From Takakia lepidozioides (taxonomy: Eukaryota > Plantae > Bryophyta), in assembly GCA_030704615.1 (NCBI GenBank), contig CM060731.1:22258001-22322000 (forward strand): a stretch of DNA of 64,000 nt. Reading direction: 5' to 3'. A program made the position numbers and the translations under genes. The notes under the pieces are model-generated. The model did no database searches, had not been told where the DNA came from, and saw only the letters and a list, made by a program, of their open reading frames with translations. Positions within the stretch are counted from its first letter, which is position 1. Each line of letters starts with the position of its first letter. Of this stretch, positions 1 to 12,054 are shown piece by piece.

Positions 1-1067
1 TGGCAGACTAGAGTGCGGAGGTTTTCCATCACTGCAGCCTTCTCTGCAAGCTGTGGCTGCAGCTACACAAACTTCACGAATAGAGAGGCAATGGCTAAAA
101 AAAAAGATTCAGCCTGAAACCCTCCAGGCCCCCATGGCACGGGCGGGGATTGAACCCAAAATTTTTGCCCACCGCAGCCGCAAACAAACCACCCCCCTCC
201 CCACCCACCCCCCCGGGCACCCCCCACCTCCATCCTGCCCCATCCCTGTCAGTACCTCGTCTTTCTCTCTCTCTCTAAACTGTTCTCATGCACCAAGTAC
301 ACCCGTCCCTTCCTGCACATGCACAATGCAATTGCCGAATGCCATGTGTGGCTAGAAGACTGATACTGGCTGCAAATGTATTGCAGCCCACTATTCTGTG
401 ACTTCTCCACCTCCAATTTCTACACTTTCAGGCGCAATAACAATCCTGCGAGACCGCGGGTCTTTTGGCAAGACAACCTTCCATCCCGGCAGGTTATTGT
501 CATCAAGGAAAAACACCTGCTCTACCTGTGAGGGACAAATGAATGGCTGATCACTATGAACTATGATGGTAGCAATGTGAACAGGGTAAGTCTAATGTCC
601 ATTGATAGGTGTTAAGAGAGTTATATTGTCAAGTACTTAAGTATCGTCCAATGGTGGAGGTGACTAGTCCAAGACAGTGCCTGAAAGGCCTCCATCATCA
701 ACATCACTAACGAGAAAGCGGTTACCTAAACAATTCAACTACCGATTGCTGCAAAAATTCAACTTTCCAGGCACAACTTTCCAGGCATACCTAGCAATGT
801 ACACAATCTGGCCTAGTGGCCCTTTATGTTAAAAGTCTGGACCAACAAAAGGTAGCAATCAATCATCTACTTTTGAATGGTATAAAAATGACAGTCAGTG
901 ATAGTTACATCATGTGTAGCATAAACCCTATCAGAACACCAACACATTCCTATTACCCTCATCATCAATGAGGGACAGATATTGAATGACTAAAGGACCT
1001 ACTGCACATGTAAAACCAAATGTACTGGTGACAGAGATAGGCAAAGCTACCTTACTCTCTCTGTATT

Positions 1068-1134
1068 TCCCGCTCAAACTGGGCACGGGGTCAATGGCCA
1101 CAAGGCTACGGCAAACAACGTCTTATGAGTACAA
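1068..1134 (+). mobile_element. LINE 3' tail fragment (family A)
   Basis: Matches the 3' end of the 36646-38150 LINE (GGTCAATGGCCACAAGGCTACGGCAAACAACGTCTTATGAGTACAA). Flanked by duplicated TCTGTATT. Confidence 0.9.
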
Positions 1135-1216
1135 TCTGTATTCCTGTGAAATATGCAGATATGGCCATTGCCATTGCCATTGCCTAGGGAAGCACCAGCT
1201 TTCGCCTCTGCAAACG

Positions 1217-4200
1217 TCATGAACTGTCTTGGTTCTGCGCTGTTGTGGCCGTGGCCGTTGGAGGTACCACCTTCCACTGCTGCAGACTTGATGGACATCT
1301 CAGTTCAGCAGATGGTTTTGGCCAACTGGCTTCATATTTTTGCACCAGTTGGTCAATGCGACGAAATTGCCATGGCCACCGTGACCGGTACAAAAATTGT
1401 CTGAGGTCAAAGCGGTTGTCCTCAGTTGAATAATTCTGGTGGTTCAAAGTATCCAAAGTCAGTACGAGGGTTACCGCAAAAATCAAATCACTCCCTAGCG
1501 GGCCTGGGAAGCGCACAAGGTTTCAGCCTACTAAAACTCAGGAGAAGATGCTTTATTAGGTGAACATACCTCAGCATGGTACGAAGGTGTTAGAGTGGTC
1601 ATTTTGTGTCGATTAATGGAGTAATACTTGAAAAAGTCTTTCACTTTCATCGCCACTTCTCCCGGTCTAAGACATCCATGCCAGCTTGCGCAAAGTTTCT
1701 GTTGAAATCCTCACCCAGAGAGTTGCCCGCAGGAGAGGTTACATTACAAAATGGCACTGACAGGACAACATGAAAACAACTGGATGCTAACAAGTATAGC
1801 AGCTATATTACCTTCAAACTCTTAAGAGAAACCTACAGCACTGAATATATCTACTTCAGTATTACATTGCTCCACATGCACAAAGCAACAGAGATAAGGG
1901 GGCTATTCAAGAACCTCGAACATAGAGACGGGACCACACATTTTCATCTTCCTCAATCGCCCATAGATGCCAAGCTCCTCGTATGTCATGCCCATGTCAA
2001 TTTCATCAGTCTGTGAAAGCAAGTTACAAGATTGATGAGAAAGTCTACAATTTTGCAACATGGTTGATCAAGGTCATAAGTATATACACAATTCCGAACA
2101 CCACATTTACTGAACAAACTCCAGACAATATCTGCAGTCGTTACCCAAATCGACAATCAGCATCCTTAATGCTGTTCCAATGCTGGTTCAATTGATGGAA
2201 TTAGTGCTTGAAGGATCCTTTCTCTCATCAGCTTGCTAACACCAGCTGCCTGTGACTACGTTAAGACTCATAGCCAAAGCATTGTACTTCAGCCAATTGG
2301 CTAAAAAAAGGGTGTACCTGTGTATAGTCCTCAGTGATTGGCTCCAGCTCTGCTGTTGGCGGCGCAACTTCAACTTCTGCTAATGTTTTGAACCCAAGGT
2401 TGTGAGCACCCCACCGTAAGAATGCTCGAATGTCTTGTTTACTAAACCCTCCGATTGGATTTATGTCAGATGAACTGCAGTCATACTGCACGACCAAATC
2501 TTAAAACTCAGTGATGTACAATGTTGATATCTATAACATTTCTTTGAGATGGACAAGATTAACTAGTTGGCAGAGGTTTGAACTGACAATTTGCAAAGTT
2601 TGTCTTCAGATGTGGCCATAAAGCCAATACTCAAGAGATAATGAAACTCTGAAACTGAAACCGTGGCCTAGATGATGAGATCATGACCTTGGTGAAATAG
2701 CCCCGAAGACCTTCATCAACATTTGCACTTCCGAGCACAAAGGCCTACTCCACACCCATGGCATTAGAGTAGCCAGCATGTAAGCAAAAACCATGCGTAT
2801 TTGTGCTTGTATGTTCTGCAAAGCAAGATTCTCTGTTTGCGTTCCTCCACGCACCTGATTTTTAGTTCAGTGTCATCCATGTCAGAGCTGCAATTCTGAA
2901 ATGTGACGCACATCAAAGTAGCAAGATAGTCGACTTTGCTTATTCAATCAAAACTTGAGATGGAGCAGATAATTTTTAAGAAGCCATTGCTGTGTCTAGA
3001 GAGTACATGTATATTCTAGTTGCAATAGCTACACATCCGATGTCAGAGGAGAGCAACCTGATAAGAAACATAAAAATCAAGAAACACTCAATGGAAGTAA
3101 TCGAGGGTACAGGGAAACTATTACACTGCATCTGAAAGGGCCTGTAATGATTTGAGCCCGAATTAAGACGGGGATATTACTTCTGAATACTCAGGCGAGG
3201 AGTCGGCAAGTATCATACCTTGTAATTCAGTTTCTTGCCCGGAAATATACTTTCAAATAGTGATACCAAGGCTTTAACAACAACATCAATATTGACGTTA
3301 AGATGTTTGGCGCCAATCTCTGCTGCCAATTGCTTAGCCCGGTCTCGAGTGCCTTCCGAGCTGTACTCAATAAGAAAAGTGAATGATCTCTGCTGTAAGC
3401 TAATATGGACACAGAAGATATCCCAACTTAAAATTCCTTGAACTTCCTCCACACTTCAGTTAAATAATCAAAGAAAACAAGAATTAAAAGAAGGCATTCA
3501 TATTCCCACAAAAAAATCAAGGTTGATTATACAGACCTATTCTCAGTGCCCATATACACTGTTAGTAGAAGTCTTTGGGCAAGTTCTTCAGCAGTTTCTG
3601 GAATTTCATCCATCTGATAATTGCCAATGCGAATGGCATCTGCAAGAACCTGCTTGTCACCCTCCTTCACCGCTGCATCCAAGTCCCAAAAGAATATTGT
3701 GAGATTCATATGAAGTACTTTATCAGATATCTCCAACTGAAATCAATATGCCCACATTCTGTCACGACATTGCCGCAAGAGTGTACAGTCAGTAGATATG
3801 AACCTTTGATAACAAGCTGGCACATACAGCCAACAATGGCAGCTACTGAGGAGCTGTCCGCACCCCCAGAAAGTGGCAACAAGAATCCTGTAGCGCTGCT
3901 ACGACGTAGGTAATCCCAGAGCCAGCAAGCCGGACCAAGAGCCATCTCTTCCTCTTGGTCATGATACCGCACCTGCCACAGCATCCACAACCTAATAGTG
4001 TAGCCCTGCTTTGAAAATTTGGGCATCAACGGCTCAAAGATGAATCTGGCAAAGAAATTGTGGATAGTTATAACAGAGGGAGATGAAATCATACTGGTAT
4101 GGGATTGTCGTGGATGTGGTTGACGATGTCTATGGATCGTGAGAGTTTGAACTTCACTGGAACTGATGGAATGCGGGGCTCTTGACTGGCTTGTTCTCTG

Positions 4201-6048
4201 AGACTGCTTATTGAAGCCCTGTAATCTGCAACCTTCAATCCCAATGGGCTGTCAGAGCCATGAGGACATTCCTCTGGTCTTCTGTACAGTCAAATCAAGA
4301 GCAGATACTGGTAGCATTGTGTTCCATTCTGTGATTAGGAAGCTTATGAAGATGAAATTAGCTTCTTTCAACAGGAGTGCTCTTTGTAAGTAAGACTTTG
4401 AGGACTCCAGAAACCTGGCATTTTACATTGAACTTGGGAATTCAATGGAAAATAAAGCTGAATTTGCCAGTAAAGTACTTACAGAGGTCAAGTCCACGAC
4501 TGCTACCACAACTTCAACGTCCATCATGGAGAACTGTGAGCCTTGTGCAACAACATCTCCATTCACCACTACGCAGGCACATCCATCTGCAAGCATCATT
4601 CCATCCATTAATTTATCAACCCTAATTTAAGCTACGCAGCATCTGTGGTGCACAATAAGCTAAAGAGAGTCAACTCACATATTCGAGGAATATGTAGAAA
4701 CCAGGGAGCAAAGAGATAGAATAAGCATATGGGAACTCCAAAACAACAACTCAGACATAGAAGAAGCCAGAAGGTTAATTGAAAAGCACATGAGCTTTAC
4801 ACGCTAGGAGCAGGCAAAGAAAGTGCCATAGTAAAGACGACCTCTATCGCAGCCCTGCTGATTAGCATAAAGGTACACACCACCAGCTTTGCGAGTTGCA
4901 CTTTGCATCAACTCCAGCCTTGTGTGGAGCTTCCGCAGCTGGTGGTGGCTACCGCTTCCATTTGCAATGATCTCAACTCCATTCAAATACAAGCCCACGT
5001 GGGGCGCTAACGGTGTAAAAAGCTCCTCGCAGGTCTCAGAGGCCACATTCCTGTTGTGCGTTTAGCCATGCTTAATCAAAGAAAATGGGTTAAGACCAAC
5101 GTGCCGTCTGTCACCCTGCCACCCCTTCCCGCCCCCCAAGAAAAGAGGAAGTTAGGGGTGTAACTTACGTGTCCTCGAAGGCAAGGTATCCATCACCAAA
5201 AGGAACGGTTGCTTGTCCATTAATTTCCTTGATGCACTCTGGGGTCTCAAGCTGTCGGAGACGTTTCCAGGCAGAAAACCATCGAAGCTCGCGGTAATTT
5301 CCATCATTGGCTAGGTGAAGTTTAGGTCGAATGAGCAGAATTTGACTATTGAGACAGTAAACTCTGCAATTATACCGAACTCCACGTTGTTCCACTGGTA
5401 AGCCGATGTCGCAGACCATTCCATTGGTGAGGTCCGAAGCTAAGATTTCTGCCAGGCACTCCCATCTAGCAGTGCCATTGTTTTAGATGTAAGCTGCGAG
5501 TTCCATCGTGACTACATAGAATGAAGTGCACTGTACTCTCAAAGATGTCCAACTGGTGGATGATTACTCCAAACATACAACAGGCTATTGCCTAATGACG
5601 TGAATTCTCATGCTTATCCAAGACACACCCCTGTTTTTCATGAAAATCACTAACAACAATCTCATGGACATCGGAAATTGAACATGTGATGAATCCGACG
5701 TGACTGTGGTCTAGCATACTCTACCGAGTCGCACATGATCAGCACATAGGCCTTGGAGAAGACACATATATAGGTCGGCGATTAATCCTTTCAGGTTAGT
5801 ATTACAAAGAAAAAACGACAATGCATGAAGGACGGGTTGGAAAGATCATCGTACGAGTGCATCAGAGTGTCAGACTCCAGAAAATGATCTTCACAGCCAT
5901 ATCCTGTGAGCTCAGGTCCAACACGAAACACAGCTCCAGCTTCACGAGCCTCACGTAGGGATTGCATAGTGCGTAACAGATTTCCTTCGAAATCCATGGC
6001 CCACTGATTCAGATTGCATGTCGCTACAGTTATCACCTTCCGACCCAT
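1217..6048 (-). pseudogene. Glutamine-dependent NAD+ synthetase (multi-exon), apparently disabled
   Basis: Exons translate to NADS motifs: [109 protein letters not shown]. There is a frameshifting deletion of about 10 nt at ~2740 ([17 protein letters not shown]), in-frame deletions at ~5907 (GPEL--TGY) and ~5242, and CDGGR is changed to CDRGR. Confidence 0.85.
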
Positions 6049-6947
6049 GATTACTTACAACGCTTGAAATATCAATTCCACATCTCCGACGTCGTTCATT
6101 TACAGCATCATCGATCAGGCTCGTTCATGTGGGCCAAAATTAGAAAATATAAGTGGCTGCAGTCTGCAGTTAGAGATTATTTTAGCTTAGAAGCAATTAT
6201 AGTGAATGTAGGCCTTTTGTAGCTACGAGCAAGTACCAGTGAAACCAAGATTCTGCAACGGAGATTGTGTTGTCCAAGCCAACTTGCAGCATCAACACTA
6301 CACAATATACAAAGATTAGGTTGCATTCAGTGCTGCTTACAAGTAGAACCCGAAGATCTACAAATGCAGAGCAAACTCTGATATCACTTTCCAGGGCACG
6401 GTGCCATGGAACCCGTAATTCCCTCCTTTTGCCGTGCTTCCCCTCCTCTCAATTTAGGATTTAATTCATCTCCGCATTCATGAACAAGATCGGATGAGAA
6501 GTGCTTGTAAGTCTTGCGAAAGTGCCTTGAAGTACAATCACAAAAAACAGCAAGTATGAATGGGGTGGCGTAGGAGTCCTTATACTTATTTCGTGCACGT
6601 GACCTCGGAGACGGCACCAGCTGTGTGGACGCGCAGACTGCGTTCGTAGGGGAAGTGGGACGACAAAGAATCTCGAGGAGTTTCCCTCTTCACACCAACA
6701 AGCGTTCAAGTACTTCTTCGGATTTAAACCCCGCAGTCTACAGATCAAGCAGACTGTATATATAAACATGAGGAACTAGTGGCTCTCTGTTAACCTGTTA
6801 GATCCACATCTTGGTTTCCCCTTGGTTTGATGCTTGAGGGATGCTTGACATATGTGCTCTTTCCAATGTCTTAACATGCATTGCTGATTTTGTGGACCTT
6901 GGCAGGAGGAGAAGCATATGCTTCCTGTCACCTTCAATACCCTTATG

Positions 6948-7071
6948 TACTAGAGAACGGGCCGTGTTTGGCCGATTCTGCCTTGTAAGCGGCCTTTGGG
7001 CGAGCCCGTCAGGGCGAGCCCTATGGCCACGCACAGGGCAGAATCGGTCAAACACGGCCCGTTCTCTAGTA
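6948..7071. mobile_element. MITE-like foldback element (~122 bp) with TA flanks
   Basis: CTAGAGAACGGGCCGTGTTTGGCCGATTCTGCC...GGCAGAATCGGTCAAACACGGCCCGTTCTCTAG, about 35-bp near-perfect inverted arms with TA on both sides. Confidence 0.75.
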
Positions 7072-7249
7072 CGTTAAAAGCAGGTGTGGCAGATTCTGCC
7101 ACTTTTTCGAGAAGGTGGACAATCGTGAGCTCACCGGTAGCCGACGTTGACACTAGCGAAATTTGTAACAGGAGTTTCTTGTGTATGTATTTCTTAGTTT
7201 CTCAGGATTGTTTGCAAATTTGGCTTGTTTTCAAGCCCTACATCACCTA

Positions 7250-8330
7250 GTCTACCGACACCTTGCCGAGCCACCCCATCTCCCGCCACGTGCCGATGCC
7301 CCCACCGTCGATCCCCACCTCTTCGAAACGCCCGATCCCCCCTACATCGATCCCCGCTAGCAGGGACTGCTTCCCCGATCACTCCCACATGGCGCTCCCC
7401 ACTCCGTCGATCCCCCCTACGTGCCAACATTCACCGAGACCTGATCGCCGAGACCGTATGTGGCGGCCCCCGGCCGTCGATCTCCCCTCCCATCTACGGG
7501 TTGATCCCCTGCGCCTCCGCTCCCCCCTACGTCGATCCCCCCTCCCATACAGGGACTGATCCCCCAGCCCAGGGGATTCCACCACGTGCTCCCTGCGCCG
7601 TCCACATCCCCTCCGTTGATACTCCCTGCAATGGGGATGGATGAGGGTAGGAGGAACGGCAGATGACACCAAAGGGCCACGTGGCGGTCACCTCACCGTT
7701 GATCCCCCACTCCCATCAACGGCGCGATGCCCCTCCCTCCGCTCCACCTTCAATCCGCCGCAACGTGGTGGTCCCTCGAACCCTCTATCCCCTGCACATC
7801 CATTGAACCTTAATAAAATGGGTGATGTGGGTCATCCCCCTCCATCCTCCTGCGCAGGGGATGGATGATAGTCCGATGAAGGGCGGATGACACTGCAGGG
7901 CCACGTGGCGATCTCCTCACCGTCGATCCCCACTCCCATCAATTGCGCGATCCCCGTGCCTCCGATCCCCCCTCAGTTGACCCCCTCCAATTCGGGGAGT
8001 GATCCTCCTCCCGTCATCTGCCGCCACATGGTGGACCCACCAACCGTCAATCCCCTGCACATCCATCAAACCTTTACAAAATGGATGACGTGGATCATCC
8101 GCCCCTCATCCCTTGTCATCCTCCCGCGCCGGGGATAGATAACGGTCCAATGAAGGGCAGATGACACTGCAAGACCACGTGGCGGTCCTCTCGCCGTCGA
8201 GCCCCCCACCCCTTCCCATGAACGGCGCGATCCCCTGCGCGTTCCCCCTCGATTGATCCCCTCCAATTCAGGGATTGATCCCCCTCCCATCATTTGGCCG
8301 CCGCCATGTGGTGGTCCCCTCCCTATCCAC
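7250..8330. repeat. GC-rich degenerate tandem repeat with a dense GATCCCC motif; probable TE subterminal region
   Basis: About 20 (C/T)GATC(C)n motifs in about 1 kb. Three related units of roughly 230-270 bp share GATGACAC..CCACGTGGCG..CCGTCGATCCCC, and two of them share CCCTGCACATCCAT. Confidence 0.75.
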
Positions 8331-8554
8331 AAAAGCTTTAAATGCGCTATACACCTCACCGCGCTTCGTTCTCTCGCATCTATTATTACCAATAAGCGAC
8401 AACTTGAATCTAATCCCTCTTCGATACCCTAGCCGGTACCTGGGTACCGCTACCCCCTGGTTATAGGGCCCACCCTCGAAAGGGGGCAGTAGCCGGGAGG
8501 CGAAGTGGCTCTTAATTATGCCGGTCTCGGCCGGAGTCTTCTCTCTGTTTACAG

Positions 8555-9490
8555 GGGATTTGGAGACATTGGCAAACCTTGTTAGAACTAGAAAGATGGA
8601 GACCTTACTTGGCTCAATCTACAAGTTCCTTACTACTTTGGGGACTGAATCATCTGCAATGCAAGTGGGATTGGATTATCCTAAAACAGCCGACATTATT
8701 TTTTGCGAGCTTCCAGACGGATAGATTGTTGATCTTGTTGATCCAGCATTATGCTCCGACCTCAGTCATGCCCCTGTGTGGAATGAGTATTTGCAATTAA
8801 TTTGGGATTTTTTTATTTTGTTTCCTCTTCCTTCTAAGCTTAATCTTCTCATATGTACCTGCACAGGACGTAATTCTTTGACTCCCATTGTTTGGTGCTC
8901 AAAACTTGTACATATTGAAATCCAGTGACCAGGATGGGCTAAAGTAATTAAAAAAAATGCTTTATCCAAGAATCCGGATAATTTTTCTTGCTAATATGTT
9001 GCAACATTTTCTACCTGCATCTGAGATGACAATGTCACCAAATGGTGATCATTATAGAGAATGCAAGGAGAAATCCCCCGCATTCTACCAGACAATATTC
9101 ATGGAGCTATATTCTGCTAAGGGGGCCAAGGTTCTAGATTTGACTGCTTCGAGAGGTAATATTGCTTCATTCTTTATGCTTGCCTCTTTGTAATTATACT
9201 ATTAAGGAGGCCAAGGTTCTGCATATGTCTGTTTCAACAGGTAGTATATATTACTTCATTCCCTATGCTTGTCTCTTTTGTTGTTAGACTACTCTTAACG
9301 TGGAAACGGTTCATCTTACGATTGCTATATATTATTGGCCGTCTTCCTTGCTCTTGTAGGGAACTTGGTGAAAGCCGCAATTATATCCGGCAGACACATC
9401 ATTGGAATGGAGAAAAACTTTGAGATGTTCGATGACGTTTTGAGGCCTATGATGGACGACCTACTGGGCCACCCCCTAGAAAGTCTGTAG
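8555..9490 (+). pseudogene. N4/N6 (beta-class amino) DNA methyltransferase-like relic with a spliceosomal intron
   Basis: ADIIFCELPDG (motif IV-like position) precedes EKSPAFYQTIFMELYSAKGAKVLDLTASRG. A GT..AG intron (9156-9359) splices in frame to NLVKAAIISGRHIIGMEKN, matching the C-terminal pattern of the N6_N4_Mtase family. In-frame stop at 8722. Confidence 0.65.
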
Positions 9491-10823
9491 TGAAGTATGT
9501 GGACACATCAGATGGCAAGGGTGATGCGTGAGTGAGTCATCTCACTAACCTTCTATGAATTGGTCTGTTTATTGTTTCCCTTGATCTCTTTAATATGAGT
9601 GTGACCGTATGACCACATTTGTGTAGGCACGAGGCAAAGGAACGAAGGACCTTTGGGTACCTACGCTGCTGACATACCCCATGACCCCACAGCTGTTTTC
9701 GATCTCCCAATCTACGTAGAGGCTGAGGTCCAAAGACATGCATCATCAATACAAGACAATGAGTGGGATGACCAGATGATCTAGACACAGAATGTGAATG
9801 GATGTTTGGGAATGATAGTTTTGTCTATGTCTTGGACAAGGCTACTGAGGCATGTGAACTGTCAGTAGTAATATGACGCTAGCCTGGTCGATGATCTATC
9901 AAAATGTGTAATAGATTTGAGATCTGAGGACACTACTCATAACAGATTTGTCAGATAGGGAAGGGGCTTAGTAGTACATGTCTTCCTGTCGGATGTTGTG
10001 TCTGAGCACAATGGCCTTGGTGGAACTGAATATAAGTGAAGCTTGATTGAGATGAACGTTCGAGGTTGGATTTTACATTCAAGGTGGCATTCATCATGGC
10101 TGATCAATCTAGTAATCCCTGAATATGATGTTGGCAATTTGGAGACCTCATATATTATCGCTTTGAACATTAACAATGATAGTGGACTGTCAAGAAGCAC
10201 GTTTGTTTTCTGTATTTGAAACATTCAATTTAGACATGCTTCCCCTAACAATGTAAATGCATACTCTATTCATTGTCATGATATAATTTTTGGATTTTGT
10301 CTCTTTTCATTCTTTTGTACAAGGCGTCGAGTTAACATTGCTTGCGTAGGTGTGCACTGATCTCAACCTAGAGCATCCGGTGGTCTGTCCTTTAATAAGA
10401 TTAGTCGGGTAAAAACCATCGCCTGAAGTTGGACAAAGGTAGATGCTATGATTTCAGGTTTAATGTTTTCTGGATTGAGGTTCGACCATGACCTATGGTG
10501 AACGAAGGTGTCCCTTTCTATGGGTAGTTGGGACATTCCAACATTCGGACCTAAGTTGAACGAAGGTGGCTGCTTCTCTCCTGATATAAGCACCTATTAC
10601 GTTTATGGAATGTGATCTTGCATTCAATTACAAACTGTAAAATGTGCTTTTTCTTGGGCAGGTTCGTTGGATAAATTCAAATGTTCTTGTCGACCTTTGC
10701 CACTGATGGAATTCATGTGTTGTTAATTGACAGAATATGAGCTCAAGGCAACATGGTTGTTGGCATTTTTGTCCCATAGTTTCTAAGCAAATAGGCCAAA
10801 ATCTGGAAAAAATCCCAAAATGC

Positions 10824-10922
10824 GCTGCTCATAAAGCACGGAGAGTAGTTAATCAGATTCGTGGTCGTTCATATGAACAAGCACTTACGATACCGGAATT
10901 CATGCCTTATCGAGCATGCTAC
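10824..10922 (+). pseudogene. rpl22: Plastid rpl22 fragment (NUPT)
   Basis: Translates [32 protein letters not shown], close to plastid L22. Isolated, about 100 bp. Confidence 0.85.
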
Positions 10923-10934
10923 TCAGAGTTTTTT

Positions 10935-11155
10935 TTTTAAATTCGGAAAATAGCACAAGTGGCTACAGAGTTTTGCAAAACTAAGGCATATATTCTGTTC
11001 ATCCATTCAAATTAGGACAGAATCATCCACATCCATAATTTCATCCATTCATATCATCCACATTTGGCGAATTCATCCATATATATATATATATTTTTGA
11101 GAAATTTGGCGATTTCATCCATGAAAAAACATGGAATTTCTACGGAATATTCTTT
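10935..11155. repeat. Dispersed repeat (MITE/TE fragment); inverted copy at 46400-46625
   Basis: TCATCCACATTTGGCGAATTCATC and TTTGGCGATTTCATCCATGAAAAAAC are reverse complements of sequence at 46425-46505. Confidence 0.75.
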
Positions 11156-12054
11156 TCTATTTTTTGAGGTCGCCATTTGGCGAAAATTAGTCAAAAAAAA
11201 AAAACGCTGGTCCCACTGATCCGACGATGACGACTCCCTTTTATAAGTGGGTTGACTATAATGGGTGACATACAACATCCATCCAGCTATGAAGCTTCCA
11301 ACCAACGCCCTTAGAGTCACTTTCCATGTCACTTTCACATTCGCTGATATCATTCAAGATGGCTTTGACGAAGGGTTCTTGTATCCATTGACTCTTTGGA
11401 TGGACCTTCGGGCCTCCATGCGCATCCCCTTTGCCGTGTGCACCCGCTGAACTATACCATAGCGAGAATGTGACGTGTAATTTGACCAAGACCTCTTGAT
11501 GAGTAAGCACACCGAAGCTACTTGTACATGACATCAGCGGCACCGAAGCGGATCTACATGGAAACTGGCCCTACCTCACTGAGGCACACCAAGTCCACGA
11601 TAGAGCGGCCGGGAATGTTGACTACATATTCTTGCACGCGTTCTTAAGAAGTATACCGCATATATATATCCTGATCATCGCACACATTTGGACTCATCTT
11701 GGTTTCCTGCAACCTAGTCCCATCACTGCACTGCTGCAACGCCGCTCTCAAGCTCTCTCTCCTCACACCGAACCCGAGCTCCGTGTGGATCTTCCCCAGT
11801 AATATAAGAGCTCTCTTGTTGGACCTACGCTTTCTCACTCTCACTCTCTTTGCGTACTGGTGCTACTTTGGCTGTTGTGGTTCTGCAGTCGCTGTACTTG
11901 GGCCTGAAACGAACGTAGAATTATACATCTCCCTTTACAAGTAAGTTTTTAATTCTCCCTAGCTTATATACACGAAACTTCGGTACAGATCACTGCCTCT
12001 CTCAGCAGTAGAGAGAGAACTATCCAGGCTGTGGGTACAGATCAAATTAGCATA

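Noticed and set aside
7194-8466. Pro/Arg/Gly-rich ORFs in several frames
   Set aside because: Artefacts of a GC-rich repeat with few stop codons.
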